NCBI RefSeq assembly: GCF_000372725.1
Contig: NW_005201223.1
Coordinates: 342,657 to 400,329, forward strand
Reading direction: 5' to 3'
From: Emiliania huxleyi CCMP1516
Taxonomy: Eukaryota
Length of the DNA: 57,673 bases
Positions 1 through 10,546 of the stretch are shown here, piece after piece; positions within the stretch are counted from its first letter, which is position 1, and each line of letters begins with the position of its first letter. The position numbers and the translations under genes were made by a program. The notes beneath the pieces were generated by a model. The model did not search any database and was not told the origin of the DNA. It saw only the letters and a list, made by a program, of their open reading frames with translations.

Positions 1-139
1 CCGGGGGCGGCACGCCGCAGGCGGGGCGGCATGCCGCGGCTCAGCTTCAGGTGAGTTCATCTTGCCGGCGGTACCCGACGCTGCTCGAACGGCAAGTTGT
101 CGACCGCCGGCAGTTGACCGGCAAGATGAAGTCCACCGC

Positions 140-377
140 GCTCGTAAAAAATAACTTCGGAACCGCTTTGCCAAGGCGCACAATAGTCAGACTGACAGCA
201 TTTTCCAGATGCATCATCCTGGGCCGCTGGAAAATGCTCTCAACCCCGTACCCTCTGCGTGACCGTCTGCCGGTCCCCATTTATTTCTGGCTGCCGAGGA
301 TGCCACAACTGGAAAACACTGTCAGTCTGACTATTGTGCGCCTTGGCGAGGCGGTCCCGGTGGTATTTTTTTAGAGC
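140..377. mobile_element. MITE-like element with ~85-bp imperfect terminal inverted repeats
   Basis: 140-224 is the imperfect reverse complement of ~293-377, with core CCAAGGCGCACAATAGTCAGACTGACAG / CTGTCAGTCTGACTATTGTGCGCCTTGG; no clear TSD. Confidence 0.6.
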
Positions 378-826
378 TGGTTCGGCATGCACGAGCGCGT
401 GGGTGTGTGTGAGCACCGCGGGTCTTTTTTGCGATCCGGGGTCTTGTGCTTGTGCGTGATGCTGTGTGGCATGTGGTCGTCTGCAGTCAGTATAGACATG
501 ATAGGGGTGGACTATAGGTCCGGTAGGTCAATTGATCTCACTTAGTCGCATCGTGGGGAGCTCATCCCGGGCCGTCGCAGCCCGGCGCGCATCGGGTCTT
601 TTTTGCGAAGCTGTAGCCTCTATAAGTACTCCGATGTTTTACTGCGTGATTTCTTTTCGCTGAGCGCATGCAACTAGAAATCAGCTCATCTTCCTCGTAT
701 CATTGTAGCCAATCGCATTTCATCCCCCACACACCCGTGTCAACACGCTCATATAACATACAATAACATCGCGTGCACATTCGCGTTCGCATTCGCATGG
801 AAGCAGCCGTCTCATTCGACTGATCC

Positions 827-1330
827 CTATGGCCCGTCGATTGCAGCTGTAAGGGCCCGAACGGCCTGCGAGATCTTCTCCAGCCTTCCCACCTTTTCGC
901 GCAGCTCCGCGTTCTCGGCGGCGAGTCGCTCCTCCTCCGCCGACCGCTGCCCTGCTGGCGCCGGCACTATCGCGAGCTCGGAGGCCGGCGCTGCCATCTC
1001 CAAGTCGACCAGATCGCTCGCTCCGTCGCCAGCAGCCAGAGACGGCTCCGTCTCCCCCAGGCACTCTCCCTGCCTGCAGCTCGAGTTGGACGCGCGCATC
1101 GCCTCCAGCTCCGCAAGCGCCCTGTTCAGCGCCTCCTTCTGCTCTTGGAACACCGCAGCGGGCGGCGGGACCTTCTCCAGGCACGTGAGCGCAGTCCTGA
1201 TGATCGAGTTGCTCGCTCGCTTCGGCGCTCCCTCCGTCGAGAAGAACGCAGCCACCTCCTTCGCCGTGACCGTCCCCACTCGCGTGCCAGAGCTGCGCTC
1301 CTGCCGCAGCGACAGGGCGTACGCAAACAC
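827..1330 (-). CDS. hypothetical coiled-coil protein (possibly a fragment)
   Basis: 167-aa ORF with plausible composition and heptad-like segments (LAAENAELREKVGRLEKI); no ATG start and no recognised family. Confidence 0.3.
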   Translation of the reverse strand: MFAYALSLRQERSSGTRVGTVTAKEVAAFFSTEGAPKRASNSIIRTALTCLEKVPPPAAVFQEQKEALNRALAELEAMRASNSSCRQGECLGETEPSLAAGDGASDLVDLEMAAPASELAIVPAPAGQRSAEEERLAAENAELREKVGRLEKISQAVRALTAAIDGP

Positions 1331-1431
1331 TCCCTCTGGAGTGAATTCGCAGCTAGCCTCAGGTGATACGCCTCAGGTGAACCTCAGGTGATACGCCAGG
1401 TAGCACACCGGGCACATGAAGGCACCGTACG

Positions 1432-2044
1432 GTGTCATCGTACGGAATTCTTGCCATGAAAGCGGTTGAAATCGATTACAAATATATTAAACTAAAAGAC
1501 TATTCAGCGTACCTTAAAAAACACTATGCACGAATTCGTTCAATCGCCTTCGTCGGTACCAACGCGAGAATTGAAGTAGTTAAAGCGACAAGCAAACACT
1601 ACAACAGGGTTCATTTGGGAGTCAACATTCTCAGCTGGAGCAAACTAATCATGGATCGATTGCACTTCGCCGCTGAGGCATGCAACGCTACACCGCTCTA
1701 CGGAGACACTGATTCATTCTTCTTTGTTGATGAAGACGGTAAAAGAGACGAATTGATAGCTATGTACGCACAAATGAACGACGGAAAACAACTAATTGGT
1801 AAAGGACTTGGAAAATTCGATTGGGAGTTGGAGATGAAAGGGTATCACGTACAAGACGGTCGTTGCAGCGTGCAATAAAAGCTTTCAAGGCGATCCTCTA
1901 AAAATGTACAAACGACTATACGACGGCTTACCAGTAGTAGTAGACCATAACGTGGCTGAAGATGGTTCATACAGACCAGTATTCAAAACACATAAAGACC
2001 ACTCATTTAGTAACGTGCGTCTCACTAGAACTATGCAGTTTTAA
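1432..2044 (+). pseudogene. C-terminal fragment of a protein-primed family B DNA polymerase (Polinton/Maverick-like), frameshifted
   Basis: AT-rich island; SSYG (motif B remnant), HLGVNILSWSKLIM, LYGDTDSF (motif C), LIGKGLGKF; continues in another frame at 1883-2044 (PLKMYKRLYDG...RPVFK...RTMQF*). Confidence 0.8.
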
Positions 2045-3523
2045 ATTTCGTACACTTTCTTAATCTTAGCTACAATGTCAACCCATGTGTCGCTGTTTTT
2101 TATTGTTAAATTTACAGATGGCCATTCGTCTTCGCGTTCGCCGTCTGCGCCTTGAGCTTCGCCACCTTCGCCTTCCTCTCCCGCTCCGCCGCCGCCTCCC
2201 GGTCCTCGCGGCGGTCCGCCAGGGGATCGTCGCCGCCGTCGTCAGCCACGATCATGGCCGTCGGTGACGGCCTCGCCCGCCATATCGTTCTTGGCCTCTG
2301 TCGATCGCTCGTCCCAAAAGTCGCGAAAAGTCGCCAAAAGCGGCGGCGAGTCGCAATCACCCGCCCGCCGTCCCGGCGGTCCCGCAGCTCGCGCGAATCT
2401 CCCTCTTAACCCACACTTAACATCTATATAAGGGATCCCTACCCGAGGTTACGATTACGATTAACTTTCTTAAACTTTCTCGATAGAGTTGCCGAAGGCA
2501 CTTGAGCACTTGAGCACTGGATAGGGTCGATTCCGCATGGAACGGGACCCCTCGATCGTCTCGCCCACCCTCACTCACTGGTGTGTTCATTGGGAGGGGG
2601 TCATAACAAACACGGTACAGGATCGAGGTGCACGCTGCAGAGAAGCAGTGTCGTCCCCCCTCTCCCCGACGGCGATGGCGGTGTGACCGATCGAGCTACA
2701 AGAGGAACTTGTTCAGCAGGATCCGGAGTGGTCAGATGCACTACCTCACTGGGCATGAGACCACCGTACGACGCATCCATCACCGTCTCGGATTTGTGTG
2801 CGGGAAGTGTGGAGTCGAACCACTCCGGGAACCGGGATGGGGCAAGCCCATCGATTTGAGTTGTGCTTTCCTCGCCTGCAAGAGACAGTGGGGGGGTGCA
2901 GTCTTCGCTCTTGGCATGGTCGGGGCGGGGTGGGGGGAAGCGGGTTTCAGCCGGTCGAGGAACATAGACATAGCAACTTGTAGACGTACTACGCACACAA
3001 AAAGCCGGGACGTTACCCGCGTCCCCGGCCGCACGCACCAGGACCATTGCAGGCATCACTATTCGGACCCGGCCAGTCTTCGTGCCGCACGTCTATGATC
3101 GCGTGACGGTTGTTGTCTGCGTCTCCGGGTTCGCTTCCCCCCCCCCGCGCACCCCCCTCCACTCGATGGGCCGCCCTCCTCCGCTCCTCCCTCCACCCGA
3201 TCCCCCATCTCCCCAGACACGCCCCCCTCCTCCCCACCCTCCACCCCCACCGCCACCTCCTCCTTCGTGCCGAATGCTAGCACCAAGAGATCGTGTGCCC
3301 CAGGGCGCCCCGCGCCGGGGGCCCCGGGCCGCGGGGTTGGACACCACATAGTCGGATGCGTGGTGGCAGTGGTCGCGTCCTCCATACCCATCTCGTCTGA
3401 GTTTCCGACCGTTGTACTTTTATTTTCTGGCCTACCGTGCACCCCCCCCCACCCCCCCCCTCCCGCCGGGGACAGCAAATTTGCGCGTGAGGCGACAAGG
3501 CCGGCCCGCCGCCGACAGTGCGA

Positions 3524-5546
3524 TCACGAGCCGGCAAGCGTGCAGATGTAGCAGCGGATGTGCGGGTGCGCCGTGGCAAAATCCTCGAGCATCGCCTCGT
3601 ATGTCGCCCAGTTGCCGCCCGCGAGGCCGCAACCGATCTGGTGTGGAAAGGCGACCGACGCCGGTGCGGGGGCGAGGCGCCCGATGGCGGCCAGGCCGTC
3701 GCGGAACCACTGCTGGCGGGCGGCTGCCGTGTCGACGACGCCGGCGGGCGGCGGCACTCGGTTGTACTTTCCAGCGGCGCCCATCTCCCACTGCGCAAAC
3801 AAGTTGATCACCCACGGCCGCCCGAGGCCGCCCGCGGCCGCCGGCGTCGGCGGGCGGCGCACGTCGATCGTCCCGGGCACGGCGCGATCCTCGGGGCAGG
3901 CGAATCGGCTGGAGGCGGCCTTGCGGCGGTCGGCGTAGCTGCTTCCGTACGGCAGCTTGCGCGCGACCGCGTCGGCGAGCCCGCGACCGTCGCAGCCGAC
4001 GCAGTTGCACTGCTGCGCGATGGCAGTCACGCGGGCGAGGATGGCGTCGTCGAGCACGCCGCCGCGCAGCGTGAGCCGCTCGACGCCCGCGTGCAGGGTA
4101 CGAGGAGGGGCGTCCGCGGGAGGAGGGTGCCTGGCCCGCTTCCGGCAAGCGGGCTCCTCCTCCTCCTCGTCGTCGTCTAGCACGATGGGCGCGTCTTCCG
4201 CCGATCCCGCGGGGGCTGGGCCGGGCCGGGGGGCGGCGGCGCCGGGGCCCCCGCCGCTGCTGCCGCTGGCGGCGGCGCTGCCGCCGCCGCCGGCTCTGCC
4301 GCCGCCGCCAGCACTGCCGCCGCCGCCAGCACTGCCGCCGCCGCCGGTATCGCCGGACGGCGAAAAGAAGCGCCGCAGCCCCTCCGCCTCGCTGCTGCTG
4401 CTGCCACCGCCTGCTCCGCCGCCTGCTCCTCCGCCGCCAGCGGGGGCGAGGCCGATGCGGCCCGCCGCCTGCTTGAGCGGTCCGACCTCCCCGCCGCCAA
4501 ACGAGACGAGGTGCACCTGCTCGGGGGTTGAAGTTGAACGCTTGTGTGGAGGAGCACACCTCAGGACCGTGTGAGTGAGTGAGTGAGTGAGTGAGTGAGT
4601 GTGAGTGAGTGAGTGAGTGTGAGTGTGAGTGAGTGAGTGTGAGTGTGAGTGAGTGAGTGTGAGTGAGTGAGTGAGTGTGAGTGAGTGAGTGAGTGAGTGT
4701 GAGTGTGAGTGAGTGAGTGTGAGTGAGTGAGTGTGAGTGTGAGTGAGTGAGTGAGTGAGTGTGAGTGTGAGTGAGTGAGTGTGAGTGAGTGAGTGTGAGT
4801 GTGAGTGAGTGAGTGAGTGAGTGTGCGTGCGTGCGCGCGTGCATGCGCGCGCCTCCTCCAGGCCAGGGTAGGCTCCCTCCCGGATGGCGCGGCACGCGAT
4901 CGAAAGCAGGTCCACAAGCGGCTTTGGGCCTGCGGGCGGCTCACAGGGGCGGGGGGCGGGGGGTGGGGGCAGCGCGCGCGTGCGTGCGCGCAAGCAGCGC
5001 GGCTCTCCGCAGCAGGGCGGCAGGGCAGTCGGCAGGGCGACTTGCACGGCAGAGTGCACTCGCGGACGGGTGTGGACTGGGCTGCGCTCTGGCGCGCACA
5101 CCGCGGAAGAAGCCCGCGGAGAGGAGCGAGAAGGCGAGGGTCCGGACTCCGTGCTCCTTGGCGCGGTGCATCGCGCTCAGGTAGGCGGAGTGCAGCTTCT
5201 CCTCGCCGTCCGGCGCCACCTTCTGCACCCACTGCGCCTTGGGATTGAAGTTTGGCCCGACGGCGTGAATCACGTGCCGGCAGCGGAGATTGCCGCCGAC
5301 CGTGACAACGGCATCGCCGACCGGGCAGCGGACGTCGCGCGTCCCCGCGCGGACCGGCAGCTGCTTGCGCGCCTCGATCAGCGCCGGCCCGCCCGCTTTG
5401 TTGACCGCGCCGTCGACACCCTTGCCGTACAGGCACTTTGTGTCGGCCGCGTTGACAATCGCGCAGCCGTCAAACGCGACGAGGTTGCCCTTCGACACGC
5501 ACAGGGCTCCGTGCGGGAGCTGGTAGCGAGCCACGGTGGTGGTCAT
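3524..5546 (-). CDS. double macrodomain protein (N-terminal MacroD/YmdB-type, C-terminal Poa1p/TARG1/DarG-type), 3 exons
   Basis: Exon 1 5546-5102: IVNAAD, GKGVDGAV, HVIHAVGP, LLSAGFF. Exon 2 4929-~4853. Exon 3 from ~4516: QQCNC, INLFAQ, FPHQIGCGLAGGNW. GT-AG and GC-AG introns restore the frame. Confidence 0.85.
4570..4822. repeat. (GAGT/GAGTGT)n microsatellite in intron 2 of the macrodomain gene
   Basis: seen directly in the sequence. Confidence 0.95.
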
Positions 5547-5575
5547 GGCGGGATAGCAGCCTCGTTCTCCGGCCA

Positions 5576-5637
5576 GGGTCGCCGCCTGGGTCGCCGCCTG
5601 AGTCGCCGCCTGGGTCGCCGCCTGGGTCGCCGCCTGA
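5576..5637. repeat. 12-bp tandem repeat (GGGTCGCCGCCT) x5
   Basis: seen directly, just upstream of the macrodomain ATG. Confidence 0.85.
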
Positions 5638-7098
5638 TGAGTCGTCTGCGCGACAGCGGTGGGTTTTGGTGTTTTTTTCTTTTGAGAGCGCCTTCGTTGT
5701 GATCTGTGATCTGTGAGGGTCCGCCCGCAGGCGCATTTTGTATACCGAGGCGGTGCCCGGTGCCGAACCTGTCGGACCTTAAGACAGCGTTGTAGATCCC
5801 TGGGCGAGGGTGATGGCGTCCCCGTCGGGAGGGGCTGTCTGGCGGAGGAGAGCAACCAGGTGCCCGGCGGCGTCCCGCCACATCCGGATGACCTCTCCTC
5901 GTTGTGCCAGTCAGCCCCGTTGGAGGTAGGCCGCTCGTCTAGCCAATCAGCCTTAAGCGAGCGGCCTGGCCGTTGGAATGGCCGGTTGGAGAGAGGGGCG
6001 GAGTCGGCTCGGAAGCGCGACTGCAGCCACGAGGACTGCCCGCCCACTCTCGTCGGGTTGAGGGGAGGACGGCTGTCTCCGACGGCGAACCTCAGTTACG
6101 AGCCGCCCTCCCCCGATGCGGACATGCGGGGTTCGGGAAGGTCTATGACCTACCTAGTTAGCCGACATTCTCGTGGGGATTGAAGTGGTCTGACCAGTAA
6201 GAAGACGGGTCGAGGCCCTCCGTAGGCTCGTGAGGCGTCCCTCGTCCCTCTTCAATAGAGGGATAGGCATCTGGACCCAAAGGTTGGTGCCCAGCAGGTA
6301 TGAGTGGTGAGCCGCGTGCACGGCTCTGCGGTATTGCTGATCGCGGGTGAGGTTGTAAAGCCATCCTCAATCCGTGTGGCGGGCGTGGGAAAGAGCATTG
6401 TCCGAATTGCGGCGGACGTCCCTTCGTCCTGTCCTTCGTTGTTACAACTGTAATAGTACAAACCCAATGGTCTCTTGCGAGCGGTCCGTCGTTGCAGTCG
6501 CACACACTCACACGCCACGCCTCACCGCGCGCCCACCCGCTGTCCCGCCCAGGCGGGAAAGAGATGTTTTTTTTGTCCCCACATCTCGCAGTTCGACATA
6601 TCAGCGCCCGCGCGATGGAGAGAGGGGGGGAGACTCATCACAGGGTACACCGTCTCCGATCGAGGCCGGGGCGCGAACAATAAGCATCGGTTCGCGCGCG
6701 GATCCGTGCCCTCAGCCTAGAGTGAGGGCCGATCACACCTCCCCGGACCACGCTCATGCCGTTCCTCCCTAGGGATACATCCAAAACATGCAACGCTGGG
6801 ACAGCGAACATGCAGCCTCATCCTCACGGCGGGCGAGGGCACTCATTCGCGGCGGCGTTGGCGGCGGCGACCGCGGCGGCGGCGGCGGCGTTGACGGCGG
6901 CGGGCGCCACGACGCACCGCCGCTGTGCGTCCTGCGCCGGGAGCCTGTCCGACGCGTGCCTACGACACGTCCGGGGCATGTCTGGGGGCGCGTGGCAGAC
7001 GTGTCCCGCACTGCTCCGTCCGGGCGCGTGCCTCGACGGGGGAAGCTGCCGGTCCAGCGGGAGGCTGCGGCCAGCGGGAGGCAGGCCGTCGTCGAGGC

Positions 7099-8843
7099 CT
7101 ATCGGAACGCACAATGCGCGGGACTGGGAAGGGCGGGCGCCGCGACAGAGAGGGCGCCGCAGAGCCGCCGCAGACCGAGTTCCTCCATCTTTGCCGACAT
7201 CACCTTGAAGGGGGCGAGAGGCGCCGCCGCCGGCGCCGCCTGCCGCGCCGCCGCGGCCGCGACTGCCTGCGCGCCCATCTGCGTCGCGATCTCGGCCTTG
7301 AGCTCGGCGAGCAGCTCCTCGCGCCTGGTTTCGCGGAGGAGAGGCTTCCGGTGCGGGCGGAGGGGGAGGGCACGGGGAGGAGGGGAGGAGGCGAGGAGGG
7401 CGGAGGGGCACGAGATGCGTGGTAGACACGGCGCAAGCGCTGGGGCACGCTTGTGGTTGGCGTGTGTGAGAGCGCTCGTGTCTCTAGAGCGACGCACAGC
7501 TCCTCCTTCAGCTCCGCCTTGAGCTCCGCCTTGAGCTCCTCCTTGAGCTCCTCCTTCAGGGCGGCCAGGGCCGACGGCGTCGGCGGCGTCACGGGGCAGA
7601 CCGGGTCCACAGGGGGATTGAAAAAGATGCCGCCGTCGGGGCCGTCCCCAGCCTTGCGGTCCCTGCGCATGCAGGGCAGCTTGACGACGGACCGCATCGG
7701 GATGGTTTGCACCTGGTGTGGGGAGGAGGGGGAGGGGCGTGGACGTGGAGCCGGGAGGAGGGTGAGGGAGGGAAGCGGCGGCGGCAGCGGCGGCAGCGGC
7801 GGCTGCTGCGGCTGTGGCGGCTGCGGCGGCGGCGGATGCGGCGAGGGGCGGCGGCTGCCGCACCCACAGCGCGGGCTGCTCCGGCGCGCTAATCTGGATG
7901 CGGAAGAGCCGCTTCTGGTGCTTGTCCGTGAGGACCTGCGGGGGAGTGAGAGCCTCGCTCACTCCCGGAGGTGACTTGAGCCAACCTCGGCGTCGGCAGA
8001 GCTTCGCTTGTTAGCGGCTCAAGTGCACGGCGCGCTGTCTGTCTCTCACGTTCCCTGCCGCCGCCCCCTCTCGCGCCCACCCTTGCGCCTCTCCCACCCT
8101 CGCCTCCCCCACATCTCGTGCCTCCTCCCCTCGTGTCATATAAAGCTCCGGGACCCGAGGCGGCGGCGGCGGCGGCGGTGCGCCTGCGTCCCCAGCCGCA
8201 AGGTGAAGGAGACCTCGCCGCGGACGAGGAGGGCCTGGGGGGAGGGGGGGGGCGTGGCTGAGCAAAGCGCGGCCCTTTGCGAGGCGTGCGGTGCTCCTGC
8301 CGCACGCGCCTCCACTTGGCACGACTCCTCAAAGGGCTGCTCATTCTGCCGCAGCGAGATGGCGTCGCCGTTCTCGTACACGACGGCCGCGCTGAGCTTG
8401 ACCGCCTCGTGATCGCGGACGACGGCGCCGTTCGCGTCCTGCAGCTCCACCGAGATGTTGAACTGCCGCAGGTTGCTCACCGTCGCGACCTCGCACTTTC
8501 TGCGCTTCTGAAGCTGCTGCGGGCCCTGGCAGTGCACCGCGTCGCAGTGCACCTTGTGGTCCATCACCACCAGCCGCCACGAGCCCGCCGGCATGGGCTC
8601 CGCGACGACCAAGCCGTTGCCCGGCGCCAGCGCCAGCGCGCCGGGACCCGGCGGCACGGGATCCGGTGCGATTGGCGCGGCGGGAGCGAGCGGACCGCCG
8701 AGCTCCGTCTCGCTGAGGCCTTGGATGAAGGTGGGGTCATCGAGGAAGTCGTTGATGAGGGATGCGGTGTTGGTGCTGAAGTCGCGGCCGGGGAAGAGCG
8801 CGCCAGGCGGGACCCCAGAGGCGCCCGGCGAGCGTGAGTCCAT
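7099..8843 (-). CDS. putative CudA-like DNA-binding protein with C-terminal coiled coil, 5 exons
   Basis: Spliced ORF AAVVYENG..QPFEESCQVE/ALLVRGEVSFTLRLGTQ/VLTDKHQKRLFRIQIS../VQTIPMRSVVKL; GC and GT donors keep the frame; family assigned from recalled motif resemblance only. Confidence 0.5.
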
Positions 8844-9344
8844 ATCGCCCTCCCTTGCCCAGCCAAAAGAATTGTGATCTCCTCGTGCGATGCGGGTACA
8901 CCTGGGTCACCCACAAGGCAGCGGGCAGTAAGGGGCCGGAGACGTCCAGGGGGTCAGCCCGCTACCTCGAGCACATCTCAGCGCGCGGGGGGGCGGGGAG
9001 GAAGGGCCGGGGCGGCTTCGGGGGGAGCAGGACGCAGTGGCGCGAAGGCATTCAGTGGCGCGCGAGCGAGAGCGGCGGCGGAGGCGGGGGCGAGCGGTCG
9101 ACGCGGCATGCCGAGGCGCTGCTGCGTGCTGGCGGGGGAGGAGGCGGAGAAGGAGGGCGCTCAAACATCAAAGGTGGGGACGTGTCTGGGACTCTGGGTC
9201 CTCGAACCCGCCCTAGCTTTGCGATCCGTTTTTCTTTCTTTCTTTTCTTTTATGTGTTCAAAGACACAAGTGCTCCAAGTCCGCGGGCCGTTCAGACTTC
9301 AGTTCCCCCACCCGACGACCTCCCCGGATCTCGGTGATTCTTTC

Positions 9345-10239
9345 AATGGTTGGGTAGTAGGGCTAGAGGGTCGCTCTACACTTAGCCTCTGCAGCGAGCG
9401 AGCGCTCAACTTAGCCCCCGCACGGAGCCGGGCTCAGACTTAGACGCTGGAAGGCCGGGGGCCATGAACTTAGACGACACGAGGCCAACTCCGGGCAAAA
9501 CCCGGGTATACCTGCAAAAGTCCAGGTTTACCCGAAAAATACCTGGACGCGGTCCCGACCAGCGTATGCCGCGCACGACGCCATATCACCGTCTCCCAGG
9601 GCCAGTGCGCTACTTGCGGCGCGCAACGCCTGCTCAAGTACGCGCACCGTACCATGTGCTGCCGCTATGCGTGCCTTAACGCTATGCGTGCCTTAAGGCG
9701 GCTGCGGCGAAGCGGCGGGCGCGGCATGCCGATGGCAGTGCGGACGATGCGGTTGCGATGTGTTCTGCTTCAAGATTGTGGCGGTGCTTGGCATGCACTT
9801 CTGCGATCCCAATCAGCTCATCGCAACGAAGCAGCGCAACAAGCTGGCTGCTGCCAACAAGGCCCTATGCTACCTCACGCGCGGATCGTTCAAAGAGGAC
9901 CAGCATACACAGGCTTCTCTGACATGCGTTTGTTTGAGCTTGAGGCTATTTGTGAGAACTATTTGGCTAGATGTCGCCGAAGTGCGCTCAAGAAGCAGCA
10001 ACGAGAATCGGAAGAGGAGGATGCTGAGGCGGCGATTGCTAAGCATGAGGAGGATCGATCGCCCGCCGCGCAGGCGAAGAAAATTTGGGCGCGAGCGCCG
10101 TATATCGCGTGCCATGGCCGACTTAGCCGGTGTAAGAGGCTCCCGCTGATCTTAGACCGCGTAAGCACTCCAGCGTGGCTAGCCACACTTAGACCCGTTA
10201 AGCCGCGAGGCTCAGAACTTAGACTACTACCCAACCAGT
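9345..10239 (+). mobile_element. non-autonomous hAT-like DNA transposon with a transposase remnant
   Basis: TIR AATGGTTGGGTAGTAG / CTACTACCCAACCAGT (15/16); 8-bp TSD ATTCTTTC at 9337-9344 and 10240-10247; subterminal ACTTAG repeats; internal LIATKQRNKL..ALCYL resembles the hAT dimerisation motif. Confidence 0.85.
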
Positions 10240-10432
10240 ATTCTTTCTATGGACTATGGTCTATGCTTTCTATGAGGGGGCCCTGCCGCAGAGGCGATTC
10301 GACATTCGTGAGAGGCGCGCACCACATGCAACGTACGTACAAAATCTGCCTGCGGGCGGCGACGCTCACAGCTCACAGCTCACAGCTCACGTGGCCTAGC
10401 ATAGCCTATCGTCGGCGACGTACGGCCGCCCG

Positions 10433-10527
10433 AGCGCTTTCCCTCGGTCTGTTAAACCTGAGGTCGTGGCCGTTTGGTATTCTCAGCCCCCCGCCGCACT
10501 GGGAGAGGTCGGGCTCCGGCAAGCGCT
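10433..10527 (-). ncRNA. TPP (THI-box) riboswitch-like aptamer in the SDR 3' UTR, variant
   Basis: Minus-strand RNA: P1 AGCGCUU/AAGCGCU; P2 GCCG/CGGC; GAG-CCC...GGG-CUGAGA; ACCUC-A-GGUU-UAACA-GACC-GAGG-GA. Element order matches the TPP aptamer architecture. Confidence 0.75.
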
Positions 10528-10546
10528 GTGCAGCGGCGAGGTGGTC

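Noticed and set aside
5635..5660. Hammerhead ribozyme-like CTGATGA followed by a GTCG/CGAC stem
   Set aside because: The required GAAA after stem II is missing (AGCG), and stems I and III are not evident.
5716..6489. Possible degenerate TIR element or retroelement relic
   Set aside because: The terminal match is only about 11/14, with no TSD and no recognisable protein motif.
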